A stretch of 64,000 bases of DNA from a virus. Made by a program: the position numbers and the translations under genes. A model generated the notes under the pieces. It was not told the DNA's origin. It searched no databases and saw nothing but the letters and a program-made list of their open reading frames with translations. Location of the stretch: the IMG/VR virus record IMGVR_UViG_3300042197_001007. The stretch is one strand, 5' to 3'. Positions within the stretch are counted from its first letter, which is position 1; each line of letters begins with the position of its first letter. Shown here one piece after another: positions 54,854 to 64,000 of this stretch.

Positions 54854-57800
54854 TCAGAATGAAGCAACAGCACGAATGTCTTGGATTTTTGGAACATATG
54901 CTGGATCAACAGATTTCATAACAATCTTAATAGCAAAGGATGAATATTCTGGTAGGTTTGAAACACTGTATTTGAACTCTTGATATGACGACTGCTTTTC
55001 TGTAGTTCCGGAAATTGAATTTTCACTTGAAGCAATTTCAAGAGTATCTGGTTCTCCATCGGTATTGAAATATACCCAGTCAATATCGTCAAAGTTCTCC
55101 TGACTTGATGCTTTCTTGTATCTGTAGAGAACTTGAATGTTCTTAACATCTTTTACGTTAGCGGTCAAACGAACATCAATAGAAGTTGCTGGATTGTTGA
55201 TAGAGATTTCTTTTGTCACATACTTAGCAACAGCAGAGCTATTCTTTGAAGTGTTGTCGGAGACATAATCAATTCCGTTGGTATATGTAATTGATTTTAC
55301 TTCTAAGAATGAAGCTTCGTCATTTGCTTGATTTGGATACTTGATAAAATCACCAACTCTAAAGATATCAGAGATCTGGTCAGCAACATCAGCATTGCGA
55401 TTGAATGCTGCATTATCAATAATTCTTCCAAAGAAATCATCAAGAATTGGATGTACATCAACTCTCACGATTAGTTCTTGTGTCTTGTTGTTCCACAATA
55501 CAGTTTTACCAGTAATAATATTATCATAAGTTTGTAAAATTACTGATGGGTTGCGAGCAATAATTGTAGAAGCATCAGCAATTGAAACAAGAATTTGTGA
55601 TGGGTTGGAATCAATAACTACGTTGGTTAGGGATAATTGATTGCCCAATGTTACTCCTTCTCCTCTTTGGAAGAATTGACTTGTTTTTACACGAACCCAA
55701 ACATTGTTCCCACTTACCTTAGCAATTGTTCCAGTTGCTTTTGTAGTCTCACCTGTTATTGTTTGATTGGATTGAATTTGAGTACCAGCATTTCCAGATA
55801 GTTCAAATCTATAGACCGGGTAGAACTCAATGATTTGATCTCTTCTACCATATCTATCTTCCTTACCAGATGCCGCTTCAACTCTATTTGATACCGTCTT
55901 CACACATGCGCTAGACAAATCAATTACGGGAGAGAGATATGACCTTGTAGAAGATAGTGTCATCTTATAAGTTAATGATCTATCAACACTGTTTAAGGTT
56001 TCATTAATCTGAGAAACAATCACTTTCTGATTGGTGAAGTAATGTGGCTCATTTAGGAAAGTCTTTTCATAATCTGTTTGTGAATATGAAGTATAATTTG
56101 TTGTTGAAGAATCAACAGGGATGATATCTGTTGTTTTTACAAATGTATCAAGTTTGGTTCCAGTAATTGTTAGATAATGAATTTGTGGGTATAGAATTTC
56201 ATACTTTCTGTTGTATGTAGCATATACATTAGATCCTCCTCCAATAGCATTTCCTGATGCTTTTGAAATTGATCTGATATTGTAGCTATCAATTCCAGAA
56301 TTGCTTACCTGGAATAAAGTTGTATTCAAAATATCCGATGTAATTCCAGCAACTTCTTCCGCACTTCTATAAAATACATATGAATCTCCAAAACCTTCAA
56401 ATCCATTATCTCTGTGATTTACTTTGATAATACTATTATTGTTTTTGAATAGTTTTGAAGTTGCGTTTGTATTCGCACTCGCGTTGGTTTCAAATGGATT
56501 TGATCCTAGTAATTCATATCCAAGATTTCTATTTGTCAATAAAAGTTCTGCTGGTCTGCTGATATTAAATTCTGCTCTATAAAGTTTAAACTTAAGATCC
56601 TCAAAGATGTCTTCAGTCCAGTTATCAATATTTTGTGATCTATAAACCGAACCAAGAGATGGTTGTGTTGTGATAACGGTACTTGTTGATATATCAATTT
56701 CTCCCAAGCGAGAAGCCCATAGTTCATAGTCAACAGAATCTGTTTCTACAACCAAAGCATATTCTGTATCATTCTGTAAATAAACTGGATACTCAAAATC
56801 AAATCTTGTTGGAATGGTTGAATTTGTAACTCCAACGGTATCGGTTGCTACACCCATAACAACAGCAGGGGTATCAATCTCAATGAATGTTTCAATTTCA
56901 CATCCACCCGCTCCATTACCAACTCCCTTAACCACAACAGATGGTGGATCAGTATATCCAAAACCAAATAGCGAAATCTCGGCGTTGTAGATCTTTCCGT
57001 TTGATACTTCAATACGAGCAGTTGCTACAGATCCACCAGGAAGTTGTGGACTTTCAATGGTTAGAATTGCGCTACTGTAATTTTGTCCTGGGTTTTTAAT
57101 TCTGATATCCGATAACTTTCCACTATCTTTAGCAATAGTTAATTTTAGATCTGTGCCATCCGTAGCATTTGCTAAAGTAACCGATGGAATAATTAGATCT
57201 TCATTTTGCTTGAATGATTTGCCATTATGATTACCAAGAACTACAGTATATACTTGTTCGTTGGTTAGTGAATATCTTCCAGATGTTGATGCTGTAAGTT
57301 CTACGCCGTTCTTATCAATAATTTTTAATATTGGACCACTAGCAGAAGAACTTGCTCCAGTAACGAGTTCTCCTTGAGTGACAGAAACATTTCCATTTGC
57401 GTAACACTTCAGGAATGTATTTGGATTTAGAACTTTTTCAGAACCTGGGATAACATTTTTTCCTGGCTTTCCAGATACAACGTCAGTCAAATATACCTTG
57501 ACTGGAATATTGCTACTCTTCTTAGAGAAGAATAGGTCTAGACCAGTAGTAAATAATCCACCATCGTAGTTTTCAATTTTGAAAGTTTGTGCCAAAGGAT
57601 TTGGACGTAGTGGGTTATCAGTATTACTATCAATGACTTGAACTCCTTCATTTGATTTGAAGTAAGATGGTCTGGTTGATACGATGCTAGCAGGATTTTC
57701 TGGTAGCAATCCAGTAGCATAATACTTAACTTCAGCATAGGTATCCACTGTATCTTTCGGAGCATCGGAACCACTTGAAGTAAATCTGAAGGTCAGCACT

Positions 57801-60800
57801 CCAGTTGTGAGACGAATTTCTTCTCCTGTTGTATCATAATCAATCGTATTGACATCTCCTGTCCAAGTCGCATTTTCTCTTGGAGGAACACCAGCAGGAA
57901 CTAAAATTAAACCACTGGCATTACCATTTTCATCTGTTACAATGTCTCCATTGAACGATGAAAGAGAGTTACCAGCAGTACCAGTAAATCTTAGGTCTGG
58001 ATTTACCCAACGATTTACATTTCTTCCTTCTAAGAATACATTTACTTTCGTATTTGGCTTTAATCTTCTAATTACATATCTTACTGGAACACTACGAGTG
58101 AAGAAAGACAACGCAGTAGATACAAGGTTGCCATTAACCGATTTTGTCTGTACACCCTTTCCAACATCATTATTCTGAGGACTAATATTTGAAGAGCTTG
58201 CTGTTGAAGCCATGGAGACCGCAGACGTTGCTTGCTGTGTATTAACTTCTCCAAGCGAATTGATTGAAGTAAATGCTGGAGCAGTACCAACCCAATTCAC
58301 AATGAATGAATTGTGTAAACTAGAGAAACTTTCTTTTGAATCATCCTTTGCCAAGAAAATGTTGAATAAACTGGTGTTCGTGTCAACTACAACTGGATCA
58401 ATGGATTGATCGTACCAGTGATCAATGTTTGGAGAAATTTCTGCGTCTCCAACATATTGAATAACAACAAATGGATTTGGATTTAGTTTCTTGGAAGCAA
58501 AAGAGTTACCAAGTAATTCTAAATTGGTGTATGGTAATGTAATAACACTGCCCGACTTTTTATATCCAGCAACAGATCTTTGATCTTCTCTGGTATTAAC
58601 TTCTCTTAAAAGAATGGAATCTTCCTTGGACTGTGGACGAAGAACAGATTGCTGACTGTCAACAGCACAGCGATAATCTAATGATGATAGATTACCAACT
58701 CTATGAGTTTCAAAGTTATCAACAAAAAATCCACTCTTAAATCTATCTAAACCAATTTCATCCTTGACCTGCATATTGAGGGCTTGCTGCTCAAGGATAC
58801 TGAGAGTTGTGTAATACTCCAGACGCTCAATACGCTTTTCAAGTTTTCCAATATCTCTCATCGTATATCTACGATTGTCTACTGGAGTAACTCTTACATC
58901 TTTGCTTGTCTTTGTGTATGCTGGAACATAGACATAGAAGAGAGAAACAGCATCATCAACGGAATCTGGTTTTGATGGGTTGAGGGAAGAATTTCCTTCT
59001 TTGACAAAAAATTCTCCACGCTTATTCAAGAAAATGCCATCAATACGATCAAGATACTGAACCTGACTAAATGAAAATGTATAATCAATGTTTGGATCTG
59101 GAGCAGGAGTTGCCGCAATCACAGAACCAGATCCAGAGAACTGTCCAGATGTAATCTCTAATGACGAGACATCTTGGTAACCAGCAATAATAGCATTGTT
59201 ATCTACTTTTGGTCTAAAATCTAAAACGTTTTTTAATTCAAGATTTCCGTGAACAGACGAATTGAATGCTGGTATTTCGTCCTCACCAACTCCAGCTTCA
59301 TGTAGGTAACTGTCAATTGTACAGAAGTCTCCCTGAGAATGCTCAAAGTAATCAAATGCGATTAAGATTTGACCCGAAGTTGGTTCAAATCCTGGTTTTA
59401 AAACAATTCTAGAAACATCATAGATCGTGTCTCTTTGACCATCATCAAATGTAAATCTTGATGTAACATCAGTTCCAGAGATAAGATTACCAGCACTGTC
59501 CACGTCAGGTGGTTGAGTGCTAGTTCCCTCATAAACGTATCTTAATTTAAATGCGTCAGAGTAAGAAAGAACTTCAACAACTTCATTGTCATAATCAGTA
59601 CCTCTAAATGGAAGAACTCTATCTCCAGAAGAGTTCACCACAATTCTCTTATTTCTAACCACAGTCTTTAATCTTGGTTTAGCATTGCTTACTTCAAGAG
59701 TTGCGGTTAGTTTTAACTTTGGAAACGTTCCATTTGAAGGAATTGTTCCAAAATATGTCGAAGGAAGATTTAAACTAATACTTCCAGAAGTTAAACCGCT
59801 TGCTGTATCAGTTGAAGATGAAATTTCAATCGCATCTGGATCAATGTAAATAATATCCCCGTTTTGAATATTTGGAGCATCACCTCTATTCAAAACAGTG
59901 ATGATGAAATTACTTTCAGTGAATGCTGAAAATCTTTGTGTTCCGAAAGGCAATTGAGCAGCAAATGTAATTGTTCCACCACTAGCAGAAGCGGTAGTAA
60001 CAAAATCTCTTCTGAAATAATATTTGATTTTTGTGTCGTCCCCACCAGCAGAAATTTTTTCTACTTGCTTGCTTCCGGTTGGGAATAGTAAAGTTCCGGA
60101 ATTTGGGTTTTGTAGTTTTGGTCTCAAACGTACAATACTGGTATTGCTAACATCTCCAGGAAGAACAGTATCTAGATAAACCCTTGTCTTAGAAGATCCA
60201 GATGGTTTTGTTGCGTATTGAACAATTGCTCTAACCAGATTATTATCTACATCAGAGAATTGAACCATATCTCCCTGTACTAACAGTGAGCTAGCATCAG
60301 CACTAAAACTGGTTGATTCGATGAAATCATAACCCTGCGAACCAAAGAATGTAAAATCAGTTACAGATTTAATTTCTGAAAAATCTTGATCATCAATTAG
60401 GACATCGGCACTAAATGCGTTTGCGTTTCCGGATCCATATCTACAACCAATTGATTTAACATTCTGTGGAGTGTATGTAACAACAGCGTCTCTGAATAAG
60501 ACAGGGACAATTGCTGCGCCAGCATTTGGAGGTGTTGCTCCATCTGGATTTTTTACACTTACTGCTGGTGGTTGAGAATATTCAACATTAAGGGCACTTC
60601 TATTATTAATAATAGCTTTGTATACTTTTCCATCACCAGTCAAAGATAATTGTACTTTGGATGAATCAAATTCTAAACCATTAATAATGATTGTTGCTCC
60701 AGCAGAATAACCGAGACCTCTATTCTGAATAATAAAATGAGAAATGGTATTTTCCCTGGCAATCTTGATTGTGTTGCCAGATTCATCCCTAATCGTTTCT

Positions 60801-62950
60801 CCTGGTAAAAATCTTCCTGATAGTGTCTTTACAAACAGGAGATTACTTGTAGTGTATACACCAGACGCAGTGCCCTCTACAACGCCATATGCGCCGCTAG
60901 TAAGACCGAACACGTACTTTCCTTCATCAAAAGCGTCGGCGCCTGTTATAACCGATTCTAAAGTAATCTTCGTAAAGAATTGGGGATCAAAGTAAGAAAA
61001 TCCAAAAATAGAATTGTAAGCAGAAGATCCTCTAGAAAGACGACCTTTTGATAAAATGATATCAGAATCTGAGTTAAATCCAGGTCCTCTTTTCTGTAGA
61101 TAAAAATTACTTGGTTTTACTTTGCCAACGACTGGGGTAATGGTTTGGCGATAATCAACAATAAATCCAAATTCATTGTCATCACTTTGAGCATCATTCT
61201 CTGACAAGAATAATCTTCTTCTAAATTCACTATCTCCATTATCATATTCTAGAAGCAATAACTCTAATTCATCCTTTGGACCAACAACAGTAAGTTCCAA
61301 GAATTGAACCGATACGGATGGATTGATCAGTGGCTTATTAACAGTTGCGTATGATAGAGAAGTAAATCTTCCAACAGATGTTGGCGATCCTACATCGCTT
61401 CTTGACTTGATATAATACAATGTTCCGATCAAATTCTGGAAAGTGCCGTCAGTGATGGAACCAATTAATGTGGTTGTGCTACTTACCTGAATAGTAATCG
61501 TTTTGATAGCATCATTAGAATTAAAAATCAGTCCTCTTCTATTGAGAGTTTGTCTGTGATCTGATGGAAGTTCTGTATTGTTTAATCCAATAGATCCATC
61601 ATTAAAACTGGAGTATAGAAATACATCTGGGTATGCTGTAAGATCTGCCCCCTCTTTGTTTAATGGGACGCTACCAAATACGTTAGTAACACTAAAGGTT
61701 GGCAAACCCTTTGATTTTAATGTTACGTTATCACTACTAAGACTTTCTCTTGCTTTGTTAATTTCAAGATATTTTGTTTCTTTATTGACGATTTCGTATC
61801 CCTTGATATATGCTTTACCAGGACCAATACTAGCAATCATCTTGCGCGAAGCTTCGCCAGAGGTAATTCCATTGAACAACCCAAACTCATCAGCAGAGTA
61901 TATACCTCTGTTACCATCTTTTTGAGCATACTCTCGGACATCAATGGAGAAATTATCTACAACATAATCTCCACTTTCATCAAAGGTTCTTCTTGCTAGT
62001 GTTTCTTCTAGAAGATTGTAATCAGTTGGTGATACTTTCTTTTGAATAACTCCTCTTGAAACAGTTAGGAGTTGAATAAAGTTTTTATCTGTAATTGCGT
62101 TTAGATCAAACTCTTTTAGTGAAAGAGAAATTTTTAATCTGTGTGCGCCAGGAGCAGTATAATTTGAAGATCCAATCGCATTATCATATAAAGAATTATC
62201 TTCTTCTGGAGTTACAATTTGCTCATTAATGACAAAACCAACCTTAGCGGATGGTTTATCATAATACTCTTCAATTACAAGAAGATCAGCATCATTCCTT
62301 ACAAAATATCCATTAACAAAATAAATTCCTTCTTCTACCTTTACAGCAGAAGCATATCCCATTGCTGGACTTTCTAAAGAAGTAATTTCTCCAGTGTCTG
62401 GATTTGTAACACTAATGCTTGTTGGAAGAACGCTACCATCGGTTCCAACGACCAGCAGGGGAGTGTTAACACCATCAACGACTTCTAGTGTCTCACCCTG
62501 CCTAAAAGTCTCTTCTGTGGTTGAATTACCACTTGTTAAGTAATTTACAAAAATAGTATCAGCAGAAAATTCTGTTGCTTCTTTGGTTGCTAGAATTGTT
62601 CCAATAACACCAGAAGTTAAACCAATCAGTTGTTGTCCAACTAGTTGTGAAATATCATATTTTTTGTAAACAATATCGTTTCCTTCGCTTACTGCTACTT
62701 CAGAAACAGATGATAGTTTAACGTAGTCTAATTTTGTGTTAAGACCAACCTCACCGGGGATAACCATTTCTCCTTGCTTGAAAGCATATTTTCCAAAGCT
62801 TTCAATTTGATTTTGGAGAGTTGATTGTAATTGTGTTAATTCCCTGCCTTGAATAGAGTAACCAGGACGAAAGAGAATCTTGTAAAAATTCTTTTTCTCA
62901 TCAAAGTCCTCGTAGTAAGGATTTACGTTAAGGTTGGTCTTCTGTGGCAT
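54854..62950 (-). CDS. Giant baseplate/virion protein, DUF4815 (VrlC-like), 2698 aa
   Basis: NLNVNPYYEDFD...LFRPG..IQGRELTQLQS, APGAHRL, RRTFDESGDY, IEILERLEYY-type and DRFKSGFFVDNF segments; CTAAATA at 62987-62993. Confidence 0.88.
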   Translation of the reverse strand: MPQKTNLNVNPYYEDFDEKKNFYKILFRPGYSIQGRELTQLQSTLQNQIESFGKYAFKQGEMVIPGEVGLNTKLDYVKLSSVSEVAVSEGNDIVYKKYDISQLVGQQLIGLTSGVIGTILATKEATEFSADTIFVNYLTSGNSTTEETFRQGETLEVVDGVNTPLLVVGTDGSVLPTSISVTNPDTGEITSLESPAMGYASAVKVEEGIYFVNGYFVRNDADLLVIEEYYDKPSAKVGFVINEQIVTPEEDNSLYDNAIGSSNYTAPGAHRLKISLSLKEFDLNAITDKNFIQLLTVSRGVIQKKVSPTDYNLLEETLARRTFDESGDYVVDNFSIDVREYAQKDGNRGIYSADEFGLFNGITSGEASRKMIASIGPGKAYIKGYEIVNKETKYLEINKARESLSSDNVTLKSKGLPTFSVTNVFGSVPLNKEGADLTAYPDVFLYSSFNDGSIGLNNTELPSDHRQTLNRRGLIFNSNDAIKTITIQVSSTTTLIGSITDGTFQNLIGTLYYIKSRSDVGSPTSVGRFTSLSYATVNKPLINPSVSVQFLELTVVGPKDELELLLLEYDNGDSEFRRRLFLSENDAQSDDNEFGFIVDYRQTITPVVGKVKPSNFYLQKRGPGFNSDSDIILSKGRLSRGSSAYNSIFGFSYFDPQFFTKITLESVITGADAFDEGKYVFGLTSGAYGVVEGTASGVYTTSNLLFVKTLSGRFLPGETIRDESGNTIKIARENTISHFIIQNRGLGYSAGATIIINGLEFDSSKVQLSLTGDGKVYKAIINNRSALNVEYSQPPAVSVKNPDGATPPNAGAAIVPVLFRDAVVTYTPQNVKSIGCRYGSGNANAFSADVLIDDQDFSEIKSVTDFTFFGSQGYDFIESTSFSADASSLLVQGDMVQFSDVDNNLVRAIVQYATKPSGSSKTRVYLDTVLPGDVSNTSIVRLRPKLQNPNSGTLLFPTGSKQVEKISAGGDDTKIKYYFRRDFVTTASASGGTITFAAQLPFGTQRFSAFTESNFIITVLNRGDAPNIQNGDIIYIDPDAIEISSSTDTASGLTSGSISLNLPSTYFGTIPSNGTFPKLKLTATLEVSNAKPRLKTVVRNKRIVVNSSGDRVLPFRGTDYDNEVVEVLSYSDAFKLRYVYEGTSTQPPDVDSAGNLISGTDVTSRFTFDDGQRDTIYDVSRIVLKPGFEPTSGQILIAFDYFEHSQGDFCTIDSYLHEAGVGEDEIPAFNSSVHGNLELKNVLDFRPKVDNNAIIAGYQDVSSLEITSGQFSGSGSVIAATPAPDPNIDYTFSFSQVQYLDRIDGIFLNKRGEFFVKEGNSSLNPSKPDSVDDAVSLFYVYVPAYTKTSKDVRVTPVDNRRYTMRDIGKLEKRIERLEYYTTLSILEQQALNMQVKDEIGLDRFKSGFFVDNFETHRVGNLSSLDYRCAVDSQQSVLRPQSKEDSILLREVNTREDQRSVAGYKKSGSVITLPYTNLELLGNSFASKKLNPNPFVVIQYVGDAEISPNIDHWYDQSIDPVVVDTNTSLFNIFLAKDDSKESFSSLHNSFIVNWVGTAPAFTSINSLGEVNTQQATSAVSMASTASSSNISPQNNDVGKGVQTKSVNGNLVSTALSFFTRSVPVRYVIRRLKPNTKVNVFLEGRNVNRWVNPDLRFTGTAGNSLSSFNGDIVTDENGNASGLILVPAGVPPRENATWTGDVNTIDYDTTGEEIRLTTGVLTFRFTSSGSDAPKDTVDTYAEVKYYATGLLPENPASIVSTRPSYFKSNEGVQVIDSNTDNPLRPNPLAQTFKIENYDGGLFTTGLDLFFSKKSSNIPVKVYLTDVVSGKPGKNVIPGSEKVLNPNTFLKCYANGNVSVTQGELVTGASSSASGPILKIIDKNGVELTASTSGRYSLTNEQVYTVVLGNHNGKSFKQNEDLIIPSVTLANATDGTDLKLTIAKDSGKLSDIRIKNPGQNYSSAILTIESPQLPGGSVATARIEVSNGKIYNAEISLFGFGYTDPPSVVVKGVGNGAGGCEIETFIEIDTPAVVMGVATDTVGVTNSTIPTRFDFEYPVYLQNDTEYALVVETDSVDYELWASRLGEIDISTSTVITTQPSLGSVYRSQNIDNWTEDIFEDLKFKLYRAEFNISRPAELLLTNRNLGYELLGSNPFETNASANTNATSKLFKNNNSIIKVNHRDNGFEGFGDSYVFYRSAEEVAGITSDILNTTLFQVSNSGIDSYNIRSISKASGNAIGGGSNVYATYNRKYEILYPQIHYLTITGTKLDTFVKTTDIIPVDSSTTNYTSYSQTDYEKTFLNEPHYFTNQKVIVSQINETLNSVDRSLTYKMTLSSTRSYLSPVIDLSSACVKTVSNRVEAASGKEDRYGRRDQIIEFYPVYRFELSGNAGTQIQSNQTITGETTKATGTIAKVSGNNVWVRVKTSQFFQRGEGVTLGNQLSLTNVVIDSNPSQILVSIADASTIIARNPSVILQTYDNIITGKTVLWNNKTQELIVRVDVHPILDDFFGRIIDNAAFNRNADVADQISDIFRVGDFIKYPNQANDEASFLEVKSITYTNGIDYVSDNTSKNSSAVAKYVTKEISINNPATSIDVRLTANVKDVKNIQVLYRYKKASSQENFDDIDWVYFNTDGEPDTLEIASSENSISGTTEKQSSYQEFKYSVSNLPEYSSFAIKIVMKSVDPAYVPKIQDIRAVASF

Positions 62951-63008
62951 TGTACCTCGCCAATAATACTAGCATTCTCGTTGAAGTATTTAGCGAAGTT
63001 TTGAAAGA

Positions 63009-64000
63009 TCAGAACTCAATTACGAGTTTGATATCTTCAATTTGGTCAGGTGCGCGAGTGATGAGACGACGGTTCTCAATATAGATTACTTCACCTGAAT
63101 TATTCTTAACTTCTGGATTTGCCAATCCATTGCTAAACGTAGAACCAAGGAGAGAAGAACTATATGAAGTATTTACAGTTCCAGAAGCACTAGACAACTG
63201 ACCAGTGATTGCGTTAGCTCCATTGCTCTCAAATGCTCTCACAACACCAGAATCGGTGTGAGCATCGTTTGTTTGAATGTACTTAAGAACACCCGCAGTC
63301 GTTGAACCAGAATCAAGGGTCCAAGAAACGACAGTACCATAAGCAGTACCACCAGTTACAGTTTGTTGAATTCTTTCGTCAGGAATATAATCGGCAGTAG
63401 CTCCACTGATCTTAACTGCTCTTAGACCAGAGAGGGTATCCGCTGTAGAGAAAGTTGTTGTTCCAAAGTTTTGTGGATCCTTAAGAATACCAATTCTACG
63501 GAAATCGTTATCAACTGGGAAGTCACCAGAACCTTCAGCATAAGTTAGACGAATGTTCGTCATAACTCTCTTAGCATTGAGTTCTTCCTCATGGTCACTG
63601 CCATGACCACCAAGAGGAGGAAGAATTGCCTCAATAGCACCCTTCCAACCGCTTGACGTGGCAACAGCAGTTGTCAAACCAACATTGCTGAATAGGTTTC
63701 CGTTCCCAAGAAGAACATTGGCATAAGTGTATCCAGATCCTCTTGCTTCAATTTCTGCTGAGGTAATAGTACCGCTTCCATTTGTTACAAACTTAACAAT
63801 ACCACCTGTTCCATCACCTTTAATTGATGTGTAGAGGGTTTGTGAAGCAGGAAGACCAGATCCAGCATCTTCAATAGTTACTACATCAATTGCTCCGTCA
63901 ACTGCTGCTGCTACCACTGCTTGGCGCGAAGAGTTTGATGGAAGAACAATTGGCATAAAATCCGATGAAAGGAATCTTAGAACATCATCGGTGGGCATTG
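63009..64000 (-). CDS. gp8: Baseplate wedge subunit (5' end outside window)
   Basis: LRFLSSDFMP...GHGSD..EEL.AKRVM...NDFRRIGILKDP...SGEVIYIENR.LITR..DQIEDIKLVIEF. Confidence 0.9.
   Translation of the reverse strand, partial: MPTDDVLRFLSSDFMPIVLPSNSSRQAVVAAAVDGAIDVVTIEDAGSGLPASQTLYTSIKGDGTGGIVKFVTNGSGTITSAEIEARGSGYTYANVLLGNGNLFSNVGLTTAVATSSGWKGAIEAILPPLGGHGSDHEEELNAKRVMTNIRLTYAEGSGDFPVDNDFRRIGILKDPQNFGTTTFSTADTLSGLRAVKISGATADYIPDERIQQTVTGGTAYGTVVSWTLDSGSTTAGVLKYIQTNDAHTDSGVVRAFESNGANAITGQLSSASGTVNTSYSSSLLGSTFSNGLANPEVKNNSGEVIYIENRRLITRAPDQIEDIKLVIEF

Noticed and set aside
40212-62950. Numerous 60-165 aa plus-strand ORFs within the giant structural genes
   Set aside because: Shadows of repetitive Gly/Thr/Ser codons; no independent signals.
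1-64000. tRNA genes, CRISPR arrays, IS elements, stop-codon reassignment
   Set aside because: The few intergenic gaps are filled by small ORFs, promoters and terminators; no cloverleaf, spaced repeats or transposase seen; genes read through in the standard code.

Overview
64 kb from a T4-like cyanobacterial myophage (Kyanoviridae-type; inferred from gene content and order, with no database search run). All credible genes are on the minus strand. In transcription order the window holds: partial gp8, a DUF4815/VrlC-like baseplate protein, two giant fibre proteins (1621 and 3004 aa), an AT-rich cassette of three small fibre-tip proteins plus a 2OG-Fe(II) oxygenase, neck/tail/terminase genes gp13-gp19 with a small-ORF island between gp16 and gp17, head genes gp20-gp23, gp3/uvsY/uvsW, gp55/47/46, a VWA-metallopeptidase plus MoxR AAA pair, gp45/speD/gp44/dam/gp62/regA, hsp20, three paralogous Sm-like ORFs, gp43 and partial uvsX. 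No tRNA, CRISPR array, intron, intein or transposase was seen. Top lead: the 3004-aa fibre carries two tandem domains that resemble beta-type phycobiliprotein globin cores. Each keeps the bilin-attachment C-x-R-D motif and a second Cys placed like beta-153/155, and both are inserted inside a pectin-lyase-like beta-helix. The neighbouring 1621-aa fibre carries an intact amicyanin-type blue-copper ligand set. Together these suggest an untested pigment- or redox-decorated virion. Other leads: a ROSE-like RNA thermometer on hsp20, a palindromic early-promoter box found three times at fixed spacing, and a near-consensus sigma70 promoter firing antisense into the uvsW operon. All domain calls are by eye.
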